Counted from the stretch's first letter, positions 16,734-25,114 are shown. The stretch: DNA of 32,000 bases from Halogeometricum borinquense DSM 11551 (GCF_000172995.2 NC_014732.1:162835-194834); one strand, 5' to 3'. Notes: generated by a model from the sequence alone, not told the origin. Numbers and translations are program-made.

Positions 16734-17429
16734 ATGTCATCACTGAGACGGAAATTTCAGACAGCACTAGCATTCAGTGTTGCATTACTAATCGTCGTCG
16801 CATTCACGGTTCAACCCGTTGCAGCCAGCCACCGCAACTCAGTCGAGGTTAGCCACAAGGGTGACCGAATCGAGGTCGAGACGAATGACTTCGATATCGA
16901 CCTACGGTCCGATAGGGCTGAAATCGATACGCAAGACGTCGACTACGAGTTCGAAGGTGACCGTGTCGAGATCGACAGCGACGATCTGGACGTCGAAATT
17001 GATGGCTCGAACATCGAAGTCGAGGGGCGGGAGCATAATCTCGATTTCGAACTTCGTGACGACGGTGACGACCTCGATGTCGAAAGCGACGACTTCGACA
17101 TCGAGTTCAGAGACGGCAGATGGGAGGTCGAGAGCCACGACAGTGACCTCGAAATCGAGAGCCACGGTGACAGCGTGGAGATCGAAGGCGACAGCTTCGA
17201 CATCGAGATCTTCAGAGGCCACGTCGAGATCGACAGCAGAGACTTCGAGATCGACATCGAATCGGATGGCGAAATAGAGATCGAGACGGACAACTTCGAC
17301 GTCGAGTACGAGAATCCAACCCTCGACCTAGAGAGTGACGACCCCGACCTCGACCTCGAATTCGACGGCCAGAACGCTGACATCGAAACAGACACCCTCG
17401 ACATCAAGATGGCGTTACGGTCGGAATAA
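16734..17429 (+). CDS. secreted or membrane-anchored hyper-acidic repeat protein
   Basis: MSSLRRKFQTALAFSVALLIVVAFTVQPVAAS is a signal or anchor segment. It is followed by about 23 short units of the form [VIL]-E-[VIF]-[DE]-x(2-5)-[FL]-D. I hand-counted about 77 D/E in the last 200 residues. Confidence 0.75.
   Translation: MSSLRRKFQTALAFSVALLIVVAFTVQPVAASHRNSVEVSHKGDRIEVETNDFDIDLRSDRAEIDTQDVDYEFEGDRVEIDSDDLDVEIDGSNIEVEGREHNLDFELRDDGDDLDVESDDFDIEFRDGRWEVESHDSDLEIESHGDSVEIEGDSFDIEIFRGHVEIDSRDFEIDIESDGEIEIETDNFDVEYENPTLDLESDDPDLDLEFDGQNADIETDTLDIKMALRSE
16850..17400 (+). repeat. degenerate intragenic tandem repeats (variants of gacttcgacatcgag every ~21-30 nt)
   Basis: The motifs gacttcgatatcgac, gacttcgacatcgag, agcttcgacatcgag and aacttcgacgtcgag recur through the coding region. 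All three forward and reverse frames stay open, which is a repeat artefact. Confidence 0.8.
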
Positions 17430-17482
17430 CCAACACATCAGAGAGGTACCAACGCGTCAGGGCGCGTCGTCACTCGTTCTTT

Positions 17483-18412
17483 TTAACAAGATAGAAAGGA
17501 ACTCAGTTTGAATATCGGCGACTGGCGAGACGCTCGTAGTGGTCTAAGTGTATGGGAACCAGTTTCGGGAGCGACAACGTCAGTGGACAGAATGCGCGTG
17601 AACGCGTTTCCGAGCGCGTAGTAGCGGGAATTGAACGGCCGAACAACTGCGAGTGCAGCCTTGGCAAGCGGTTTCGGAACGTGTGTAGTCTTCACCCGTC
17701 CGTCGAGCGTACGAGACGCAAGCGCCGCAATCTCGTCGTACGTAAACGTCTCCGGGCCGCCCACAGCGAACTCCTCACGGTCGTCAGAGACCGCATCGGC
17801 GCACGCTGCAGCAAGGTCCGCACCGTGAATAGGGTTGATACGCGCGTTCCCGTCACCGACGAGGAATACTCGCGCCCGGCGGGCCATCTCGAAAAACTCG
17901 GTCATATCCGAGAAGTACCCGGTCGGTCGAACGACCGTCTGCGAGATTTCGGCGTCGTATAACTCATCTACGAACTGCTCTCGCGGTTCCACGAGCGATC
18001 CCCAAAGTTCCGGGGCGAACACCGAAACGAACACGAATCGCTCGACGCCTGCATCGAGCGCTAAGTCGAGAAGGGTTCGGTTCGCCCCGTAATCAACCTC
18101 CCAGTGACTCGCCTGCTGGCGAGTCACACCGAGCGACGAAAAGACCACGTCAATTCCATCGCACAAACCGTCGAGCGTGTCCGAATCCGTAGCCGTGCCG
18201 ACGAAGAGGTCGTCGATGTCCGACCGCACCGCCGGTTCGAGAAACCGACCTGGTGTAGAGAGTTTTTCGACCGATTGCGGCCGCGAAAGCGCCCGCACCC
18301 AGCAGCCGCGACGTTTGAAGGCGCAAACCGCGTATCGGCCGAGATAGCCGGTTGCACCGGCGACCAACACCCGCGTCGGATTCTCCTCCAAGGTATTTTC
18401 TATATTTTGCAT
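17483..18412 (-). CDS. NAD(P)H-binding NmrA/atypical-SDR family protein
   Basis: The N-terminal Rossmann motif is RVLVAGATGYLGRY. The length is 309 aa. The protein starts MQNIEN. Confidence 0.85.
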   Translation of the reverse strand: MQNIENTLEENPTRVLVAGATGYLGRYAVCAFKRRGCWVRALSRPQSVEKLSTPGRFLEPAVRSDIDDLFVGTATDSDTLDGLCDGIDVVFSSLGVTRQQASHWEVDYGANRTLLDLALDAGVERFVFVSVFAPELWGSLVEPREQFVDELYDAEISQTVVRPTGYFSDMTEFFEMARRARVFLVGDGNARINPIHGADLAAACADAVSDDREEFAVGGPETFTYDEIAALASRTLDGRVKTTHVPKPLAKAALAVVRPFNSRYYALGNAFTRILSTDVVAPETGSHTLRPLRASRQSPIFKLSSFLSC

Positions 18413-18428
18413 ATAGTGAATATTGTGT
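18396..18428. promoter_or_regulatory. conserved 33-nt block spanning the start codon, copy 1 (candidate operator); AT-rich box 18436-18442 is placed as a shared TATA for both divergent genes
   Basis: ttttctatattttgcatatagtgaatattgtgt matches 19644-19676 at 29 of 33 positions. It contains CTATAT-N5-ATATAG across the ATG. TATTAAC/TTAATAC lies 24-31 nt from both ATGs (18412 and 18467). Confidence 0.5.
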
Positions 18429-18466
18429 CGTCAGTGTATTAACGTGCTGGTGCGAACGGTCGGGTA

Positions 18467-19012
18467 ATGACGGAAGAGGCGTACGACGAGGCACGAACCG
18501 AAATTGCCGACGCGATGGCTCGGACGGCGGAACTGTACGGACTCAACAGAAGTTATGGGCGAGTGTACGGATTCCTCTACTTCGCAGGTGGACCCAAATC
18601 TCTCGACGAATTAGCCGAGGAGACAGGATACGCGAAGTCCACGGTGAGCAACGCGATGGGAACGCTCGAACGGTATCACCTCGTCCACAGACGGTCGGCA
18701 CCCGGCGAGGGCCGGAAGGTATACTTCGAAGCCGAAACGGATTTCTGGACTGTTCTCACGGAACTGTTCGAACGGGAGGGTCGCCGAGAGATACGTATCA
18801 TGCGACGAGCACTGGAGAACGCACAGGAGACGCTCGAAGAGGCGCCGGAGACAGAGGAGACGAAGCGTGCCGAAGAGCGAATCGAACAACTCCAGCAGCT
18901 CTACCGACAGTCAGAACGCGTCCTCGAATTCTTCACCGAGGTTCCCATCGACGAACTTCTCGCGTATATCTCCGAGTTTCGGAACCGAGACACCGCCACC
19001 CGCGACGACTGA
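18467..19012 (+). CDS. GbsR/MarR-like winged-helix transcriptional regulator
   Basis: GLNRSYGRVYGFLYFAGGPKSLDELAEETGYAKSTVSNAMGTLERYHLVHRR is a wHTH, followed by a helical acidic C-terminus. Confidence 0.85.
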   Translation: MTEEAYDEARTEIADAMARTAELYGLNRSYGRVYGFLYFAGGPKSLDELAEETGYAKSTVSNAMGTLERYHLVHRRSAPGEGRKVYFEAETDFWTVLTELFEREGRREIRIMRRALENAQETLEEAPETEETKRAEERIEQLQQLYRQSERVLEFFTEVPIDELLAYISEFRNRDTATRDD

Positions 19013-19063
19013 CGGCGCTTCGCCGGTCCTCGACTGAATTCCTACTCCCGATTCCTCCGGTTC

Positions 19064-19660
19064 TCACCCACTTGTGAGATGGCCGCCGACGAGTTTGAGG
19101 TAGAGGAACGGCGCGAACCACTCTAGACCGGGTTCCACAGAGACGAGCATGAGTCCGACGAGGACACCAACCGAGACGAGAAGCATGCCGACAGGCCGAC
19201 GGAATCGGTGCGGGCTCAGAAGTACGAGAGCGGCGCTCACAATGAGAAACCCGTAAATAAGGGCACTTTCGTACCACGTGACAGTCTCGAAGAGGACCGC
19301 CAAGACGAACGGGTGGAGATGAGCCGACACGAAGCCGAAATGATCCCACGGTCCCTGTGACGACCGGTGCCACCACCGCGCGCCTGCGTCGGTTGTATTG
19401 GCGACGATTCCCCCCGCGATGTCGAGTGCGAACACCGCGACGACAGCTTGTTGGACGAGGCTCCAGCCGAGTGACTGAATCCGCACGTACGCCAGCAGTC
19501 CAACGGCGAACGAGAGCGCGTACGCCAGTACCAGACCGTGTTCGCCGCGCGTCGCATCCGGCCCGACGAGACGGTCCCAGAGTCCGAGAACGCCGCTACG
19601 TGGCATTCTTGCTGATTGCCCGTCGTGTTCACCCGGATTTTTGTTTTCTATATTCGCCAT
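19064..19660 (-). CDS. hypothetical integral membrane protein
   Basis: 198 aa with about 5-6 hydrophobic segments (LVLAYALSFAVGLLAYV, AVVAVFALDIAGGIV, LIYGFLIVSAALVLL, MLLVSVGVLVGLMLV). The protein starts MANIEN. Confidence 0.7.
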   Translation of the reverse strand: MANIENKNPGEHDGQSARMPRSGVLGLWDRLVGPDATRGEHGLVLAYALSFAVGLLAYVRIQSLGWSLVQQAVVAVFALDIAGGIVANTTDAGARWWHRSSQGPWDHFGFVSAHLHPFVLAVLFETVTWYESALIYGFLIVSAALVLLSPHRFRRPVGMLLVSVGVLVGLMLVSVEPGLEWFAPFLYLKLVGGHLTSG

Positions 19661-19676
19661 ATAGTGAATATAGTGT
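19644..19676. promoter_or_regulatory. conserved 33-nt block spanning the start codon, copy 2 (candidate operator)
   Basis: ttttctatattcgccatatagtgaatatagtgt matches copy 1 at 29 of 33 positions. A TATAAC-like box lies about 24-31 nt upstream of ATG 19660 on the coding strand. Confidence 0.5.
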
Positions 19677-19804
19677 AGAGTGCGTTATAGCTGTGGTGGT
19701 CAATCGAGATCCTGTCGAGTAAACTACAAAAATGCAGTTTGGCAGGCTATCCTACAAAACATCATTTCATCGAAATATTTTGTGGCACGGTCCCGTAACG
19801 TTTC

Positions 19805-20185
19805 GTGATGCACCGACCCAACGAGACCCGCTACCACAGGTCGTACTCGGGAACGCTCAAAAACGCGCTCGATTACTGCGGACGCGACGAGTTCGCAGAA
19901 ACGACTGTCGGACTCCTCGAAGTCGCTGCCGGCAGATTTCCGGGAACCGCAATCGTCCATCTTCGACACGTCGTTCGGACGTTGCACGCGTGGACGGTGC
20001 CGACAGCGGTTGCGATTCCGGACTCACACACAATCGTGACTGCGGACGGCATTACAGACGAAACCATCGCTGAGCGGACTCGACAACTGGGGCGAGAACT
20101 CGTCGAATACGCTGGCGTGGCTCAGTACCCGAAGGGAAGTGTCCAACCGATAGCTGTCGCGGAAGCCAAACAGGGAGACAGTTAG
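19805..20185 (+). pseudogene. NADPH-dependent FMN reductase family, 5'-truncated remnant (may still be expressed as a short protein)
   Basis: HRSYSGTLKNALDYCGRDEFAETTVGLLEVAAG...HLRHVVRTLHAWTVP matches the middle and C-terminal part of the family. About 70 N-terminal residues, including the flavodoxin-like phosphate-binding loop, are missing. An in-frame TAA at 19796-19798 blocks any extension. Confidence 0.5.
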
Positions 20186-20186
20186 G

Positions 20187-21143
20187 ATGAACGCGATTCG
20201 CGTACACGAATACGGCGACGCGGATGTGCTGACTCACGAAGATATACCACGTCCGGAACCGGCCGCCGACGAACTCCTCGTGCGGGTACACGCCGCAGGA
20301 GTGAATCCCATCGACTGGATGGTTCGGGAGGGGTACGCAGACAACGCACTCGATCCGTCGCTTCCGTACGTCCCGGGGTGGGACCTGTCCGGTGTCGTAG
20401 CTGACGTCGGGACGTCCGTCTCGGCGTTCGCCCCCGGTGACGAAGTCTTCGGACTCGTGGGGATGCCGGACCCCGGAAACGCCTACGCCGAATACGCAAC
20501 CGTTCCGGCTGAGGACGTTGTGCTAAAATCGGACGCGCTCACCCACGAGGAGGCCGCCGCCATCCCGATGGTCGCGCTGACCGCTCGACGCGCGCTCTTC
20601 GAAGTTGGCGACGTACGATCCGGACAGCGTGTCCTCGTCCACGCCGCCGCCGGAGGCGTCGGCCACATCGCGGTGCAGTTGGCGTCGCACGCCGGTGCGT
20701 CCGTGATCGGAACAGCATCCGCACGCAACGAGGGCTTCCTCCGAGAGTTGGGCGTTGACGAGTTCGTCGATTACCGGAACCAGTCGTTCGAGGACGAACT
20801 CTCCGACATCGATGTCATCCTCGATGCCGTCGGCGGCGAAACACTCGAACAGTCGATAGACGTGATAACACACGGGGGTCGCATCGTCACCCTTCCGAAA
20901 CCACCGTCTCAGAACGTGGTCACGAACGCCCGCAACGAACGGAACGCATCGATTGACTGGTTCAGCGTCGAACCGGACGCAGCGGCGCTCTCGGAGATAC
21001 GAACGCTCGTCGAGAACGGTCACCTCAGTGTGACCGTCAGCGACGCGTGGCCGCTTTCAGAGGCGCACGCTGCCCACAGAGCGAGCCAACGCGGCCACGT
21101 CCGAGGAAAACTCGTCCTCACGACTGACTTCGAAGCCGACTGA
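20187..21143 (+). CDS. NADPH:quinone oxidoreductase / zinc-type alcohol dehydrogenase (MDR) family
   Basis: MNAIRVHEYGDADVLTHEDIPRPEPAADELLVRVHAAGVNPIDW matches the family N-terminus. The nucleotide-binding segment is VLVHAAAGGVGHIAVQLA. The ATG lies 1 nt after the stop of the preceding remnant. Confidence 0.9.
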   Translation: MNAIRVHEYGDADVLTHEDIPRPEPAADELLVRVHAAGVNPIDWMVREGYADNALDPSLPYVPGWDLSGVVADVGTSVSAFAPGDEVFGLVGMPDPGNAYAEYATVPAEDVVLKSDALTHEEAAAIPMVALTARRALFEVGDVRSGQRVLVHAAAGGVGHIAVQLASHAGASVIGTASARNEGFLRELGVDEFVDYRNQSFEDELSDIDVILDAVGGETLEQSIDVITHGGRIVTLPKPPSQNVVTNARNERNASIDWFSVEPDAAALSEIRTLVENGHLSVTVSDAWPLSEAHAAHRASQRGHVRGKLVLTTDFEAD

Positions 21144-21194
21144 ACGTGTGGCTCGCGTGAATCAGACGGTGAACACGCGAAAACGGTCGCCTCG

Positions 21195-22172
21195 TTACTT
21201 CTGTCCGTAACTTGCGACGTGGTATTCCATCACCGTACGCATCCCGTCAACGAGACGGCGAACGTCGAAGCTCTCGATATCGTATTCTCTACTCATCGCA
21301 TCAGCGTATCGAGTCTCCCACTCCAACTCAAACTGCGCTACGATTCCGCTTTCGTCGATACGCGCTATCGCACGTTCTGGGTCGTCGTCAACCGTGATGA
21401 GACCACGTTCGAGCGCTTCGACGACGACGCCAGCAGTGTAGTCGTCTTCGTACAGTTCTCGTTTCCACGTCGTGATCCAGTTGCCGATGCGGGCCATCCG
21501 CTGCAGGTCCAAAAGCAAACTCCGCAGTTGCCCGAGTTCCTGTCGGTCGAACGACGGCGTCCACATCAGATCGATGCCCGCATACGGGAACATCACCATG
21601 TTGAACGGACCGTGGTGCCGAGACTCCGCGAGATTGGCAATCTCCTGGTTGTCGTTGAGGACGCGTGCGTACTCCATCGCGTTGAGGGCCTGTCGAACGT
21701 CGAAAATGAACACGTCCAGATGCTCTTCGTAGCGTGGAGCGGCCGTTAATCTGTCCGTAACGCGGTTCCAGAGCGTCTCGGCGAACCGCAAAATATCAGT
21801 ATCGACGCCCGGCGCATCGTACCGAACTGACTCCGGCGCGTGCGGGAGGCGTCGCGCCTGTTCGAACGTTGCCTCGTCACCGAGGTGGTCCGTCAAGTCA
21901 TCGAGAGCAGTGATGTACATCGTAAACACCGTCTTCGTCGTTGTAACCTCGTCCAAAACGGAAGACGGAACGCACGGAAGCGTGAACGCGTCGAACAAGC
22001 CGTGAATCCATTTCCACAAGAATTCGTCTCTCGTTCCGACGCATCGGTCGTACTCCGCAGATAATTCGATGATTGATTGCGGCAGTTCGGTTTTGTGAAC
22101 CGATTCGATACATCCTGCATAGTCCCCCCCAAGGTCCCCAGCGGATTGGTGGCGTGATATTCTCCCCGGCAT
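21195..22172 (-). CDS. class I terpene synthase-like protein (putative terpenoid cyclase)
   Basis: 325 aa. DDLTD lies at residues 91-95 (DDxxD). NWITTWKRE lies at 231-239 (N-x3-T-x3-E, an NSE/DTE-type triad), 140 residues downstream. Arg185 is 46 residues before N231. An RY pair lies at 288-289. The size suits a single alpha-domain synthase. Confidence 0.6.
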   Translation of the reverse strand: MPGRISRHQSAGDLGGDYAGCIESVHKTELPQSIIELSAEYDRCVGTRDEFLWKWIHGLFDAFTLPCVPSSVLDEVTTTKTVFTMYITALDDLTDHLGDEATFEQARRLPHAPESVRYDAPGVDTDILRFAETLWNRVTDRLTAAPRYEEHLDVFIFDVRQALNAMEYARVLNDNQEIANLAESRHHGPFNMVMFPYAGIDLMWTPSFDRQELGQLRSLLLDLQRMARIGNWITTWKRELYEDDYTAGVVVEALERGLITVDDDPERAIARIDESGIVAQFELEWETRYADAMSREYDIESFDVRRLVDGMRTVMEYHVASYGQK

Positions 22173-22360
22173 ACCTAAATTAACTAATTACTAATATATT
22201 AATCTTCCTGACAGATTTTGAAATTTTTCAAGAGATTCAGCAACCACAGACAATCTTCAGAATATGGATACGGGTGTTTGTTTTATGTAGTAACAAGCTA
22301 TGGACAATGTATTATTAGTTGACACAACCACTTATTGTCAGAGAAATAGTACTAAGAGCA

Positions 22361-25114
22361 ATGACCGCCGAGTCGGCTACATCACAGTCGGCAGCAGTGG
22401 AGGTCCATCTCCTTGGTGACGGACCGCACGCGGCCGACGTTCGAGAGGATTTGCGGTGCGACGACAGAATTTCGGTACAGTCGTCCGACGAGGAGAGCGC
22501 GTCTCCGGTAACCGAGGTCGATTGTATCGTCTGTACGAGCGTCGATGTTGTCTCAGCTACGCCCGACGGACAGGCCCCGGTCGTGGTTGTCCTCTCGACC
22601 GCCGACAACGACGTCATCTCGCGCGCGTACAGCGCTGGCGCAACATCCGTCCTGTTCTCGACCGAAGCCCTTTCAGATCGACTCGCGTGGGTTACAGGAC
22701 TCAGCAGGGCATCAACCGACGACAGCGTTACCACGACAGACGTCACCGACGTCGCCGCCGGATTCAACGATGCCGCGTGCGTCCTCGACCGGCAGTGGCG
22801 TGTCGTAGAAGCGACGGCGGCGTTTTGTGAGTTCTTTGGTGCGGACCCGACACTCGACGGCGAAAATCTCTGGGCCACCTGTCCGAATACACGCACGACG
22901 GCAGACCGATGTTGGCGTGCGGTACTAACCGGTGATGACGCGGAATTCGAGGTGACCTTTCGGGATGGACGACGGGTCGCCGTGAACGCGGTTCCGTTGC
23001 GCGACGGCCTCGCACTGCGCTATCGAGACGTGAGCGAACGCACGGAGACGGAGAGAGCACTCGACCGGTACAAACGAATCCTCGAAACGATCGACGACGG
23101 AATCTACATCTTAGACGAGAACTTCCAGATCGCGGCGGTCAACGAAGCCGTCTTGGAGATGACCGGCTACGACCGAGAAACGCTCGTCGGCGAACACGCG
23201 ACGATGCTTGCTGACGAGTCGGTGATCATCGAAGCGAGCGCGATCATCCAGCGGATACTCACGGGCGAACTGTCTGACGGTCGTCTCGACGTAGAACTGG
23301 AGACCGCAGACGGCAGTAGACTGCCTGTCGAAACGCGGTTTTCTGCACTTCGGTTTAATGACGGAACTCACGGAACGGTGGGTGTCATCCGCGATATCAG
23401 TGACCGAAGACAGTACGAGCAGACGCTGACAGCGCTCAACAGCTCGGCACACGAACTGTTCAATTCTCAGACAAAGCCGGCAGTCGGTGAGAGGGTTCTC
23501 AACACAGCCACACAGATTCTCGAACTGGAATCGGTTGTCGTCTTCCTCTACGACGAATCGGTCGGTGAACTCCGACCGGTCGCGTGGGAAGGAACGGGAT
23601 CACCGCCGTCTATCGGCCCCGGTGACGGCGTGCTCTGGACGTGCTTCGTCGAGTGTGAGTCCGTCCACCTCAGAACTGACGAACAGACGCTCGACCGCTG
23701 GGACCGACTCGAAGCCGTAGATTCGGACGCGTCGAACGGAGAGAGCGTCGCTATTCCGCTCGGTGAACACGGTGTTCTCGCCACATCGTCGTCCGGAGAG
23801 AACGCCCCCCGGAATCAGTCCACCCTGACACACCTCTTGGCCGCAAACGCGGAGGCCGCACTTGATCGTGTCACTCGGTCTATCGAACTGAAGCGTCGCA
23901 GGGGCGAGTTGGCGCGGCGAAACGAGGAGTTGATGAATCTGAACCGGTTTAACGAACTGCTCCGAGAGGTCAATCGCGTCCTCGTCGAAGCCGACTCACG
24001 CGAGGAGATAGAGCGCGCCGTCTGCGAACGACTCGTCGAGGGACCAGCAATCGCGTTCGCGTGGGTCGGCGCCTACGACCGGGTGGACGAAGCAATTGGT
24101 TCACGCGCGTGGGCGGGCGCCGAGCGCGGGTATCTCGACTGCCTAAGCGAGTCGCCTGCGGAGTTCCGAACGGAACCGAGTGTGGTGACAACCCGAACCC
24201 ACGAAACGACAGTTGTGGACAACGTGGGACAGGAGATTCAAGCACACCAATGGCGACGCGACGCCCTCGATAGAGGGTTCGCGTCCGTTGCCAGCGTTCC
24301 ATTGACGTACAACGAGTTCAGCTACGGAACCCTGACCATCTACGCGACGGAACCGAACGCCTTCGACAAACAGATGCGACTCATGTTCGAAGAACTCGGC
24401 GTCACGACGGCGAACGCCATCAACGGGGCGGAGGCCAAAGAGTCGCTTCACACGGAGTCGTTCGTCGAGCTCGACGTTCACATCACCAGCCAGAATGAAC
24501 CGCTGCTCCGCATAGCGCAGGCGCTCGATGCCACAGTTCAACTTGAGGGAAGCGTCCAGCAGACGAGCGGTTCGGCGTTACTCTATCTCACGGTTTCGGA
24601 GTCGGACACGACTCGAAACGCGGAGATTCTCTCGTCGTTAACAGTGATCGAACAGGTTCGAGAGATTGCCGCACGCGAGAACGAGACGGTAGTCGAAGTA
24701 CAACTGGCCGCCGAGGCGCTTCCGTCTCGACTGGCTGATTTCGGTGCCGTAGCCCGGACGCTGACAGCGCGACCGGACGCACTCACTGTCGTCATCGAAC
24801 TTCCGTCCGGATCCGAGATACGGAAGTTCGTCGAATACCTTCGAGAGTGGTATCCCGGTACCGAGCTGAACGCCAAGCGAACTCGAGAACGGTCTATCGA
24901 GACGCAGCAATCGTTCCGCGCTCGCCTCCGCAAATCACTGACTGACCGGCAGTTCGAGGCGCTCCGAACCGCCTACTTCTCGGGATACTTCGCGTGGCCC
25001 CGCGAACGAACGGCCAGCGAAATCGCAACGTCACTCGACATCGCACAGCCAACGTTCTCACGCCACTTACGTGTCGCAGAGCAGAAGCTATTCGATAACC
25101 TATTAGCAGACTGA
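22361..25114 (+). CDS. Bat-like sensor regulator: degenerate receiver-like N-terminus, PAS x2, GAF x2, HTH_10
   Basis: PAS cores include AACVLDRQWRVVEATAAFCEFFG and GIYILDENFQIAAVNEAVLEMTGYDRETLVGEH. The C-terminus LTDRQFEALRTAYFSGYFAWPRERTASEIATSLDIAQPTFSRHLRVAEQKLF is the HTH_10 signature. I prefer the ATG at 22361 over the TTG at 22319. Confidence 0.9.
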   Translation: MTAESATSQSAAVEVHLLGDGPHAADVREDLRCDDRISVQSSDEESASPVTEVDCIVCTSVDVVSATPDGQAPVVVVLSTADNDVISRAYSAGATSVLFSTEALSDRLAWVTGLSRASTDDSVTTTDVTDVAAGFNDAACVLDRQWRVVEATAAFCEFFGADPTLDGENLWATCPNTRTTADRCWRAVLTGDDAEFEVTFRDGRRVAVNAVPLRDGLALRYRDVSERTETERALDRYKRILETIDDGIYILDENFQIAAVNEAVLEMTGYDRETLVGEHATMLADESVIIEASAIIQRILTGELSDGRLDVELETADGSRLPVETRFSALRFNDGTHGTVGVIRDISDRRQYEQTLTALNSSAHELFNSQTKPAVGERVLNTATQILELESVVVFLYDESVGELRPVAWEGTGSPPSIGPGDGVLWTCFVECESVHLRTDEQTLDRWDRLEAVDSDASNGESVAIPLGEHGVLATSSSGENAPRNQSTLTHLLAANAEAALDRVTRSIELKRRRGELARRNEELMNLNRFNELLREVNRVLVEADSREEIERAVCERLVEGPAIAFAWVGAYDRVDEAIGSRAWAGAERGYLDCLSESPAEFRTEPSVVTTRTHETTVVDNVGQEIQAHQWRRDALDRGFASVASVPLTYNEFSYGTLTIYATEPNAFDKQMRLMFEELGVTTANAINGAEAKESLHTESFVELDVHITSQNEPLLRIAQALDATVQLEGSVQQTSGSALLYLTVSESDTTRNAEILSSLTVIEQVREIAARENETVVEVQLAAEALPSRLADFGAVARTLTARPDALTVVIELPSGSEIRKFVEYLREWYPGTELNAKRTRERSIETQQSFRARLRKSLTDRQFEALRTAYFSGYFAWPRERTASEIATSLDIAQPTFSRHLRVAEQKLFDNLLAD

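Noticed and set aside
16819-17407. Alternative-frame ORFs in the acidic-repeat gene (152 aa plus strand, 154 and 106 aa minus strand), and a CRISPR-like reading of the periodic DNA.
   Set aside because: The Ser/Thr/Arg-rich products are frame shadows of a repetitive coding sequence. The repeat units are degenerate, of irregular period (about 21-30 nt) and have no unique spacers, so this is not a CRISPR array.
12465-25114. The two Bat-like regulators as markers of a rhodopsin or retinal locus.
   Set aside because: I recognised no opsin, brp/blh or crt genes in the window. Bat paralogues are numerous in haloarchaea and mostly unlinked to opsins. Only the pairing with the terpene-synthase-like gene is kept as a finding.
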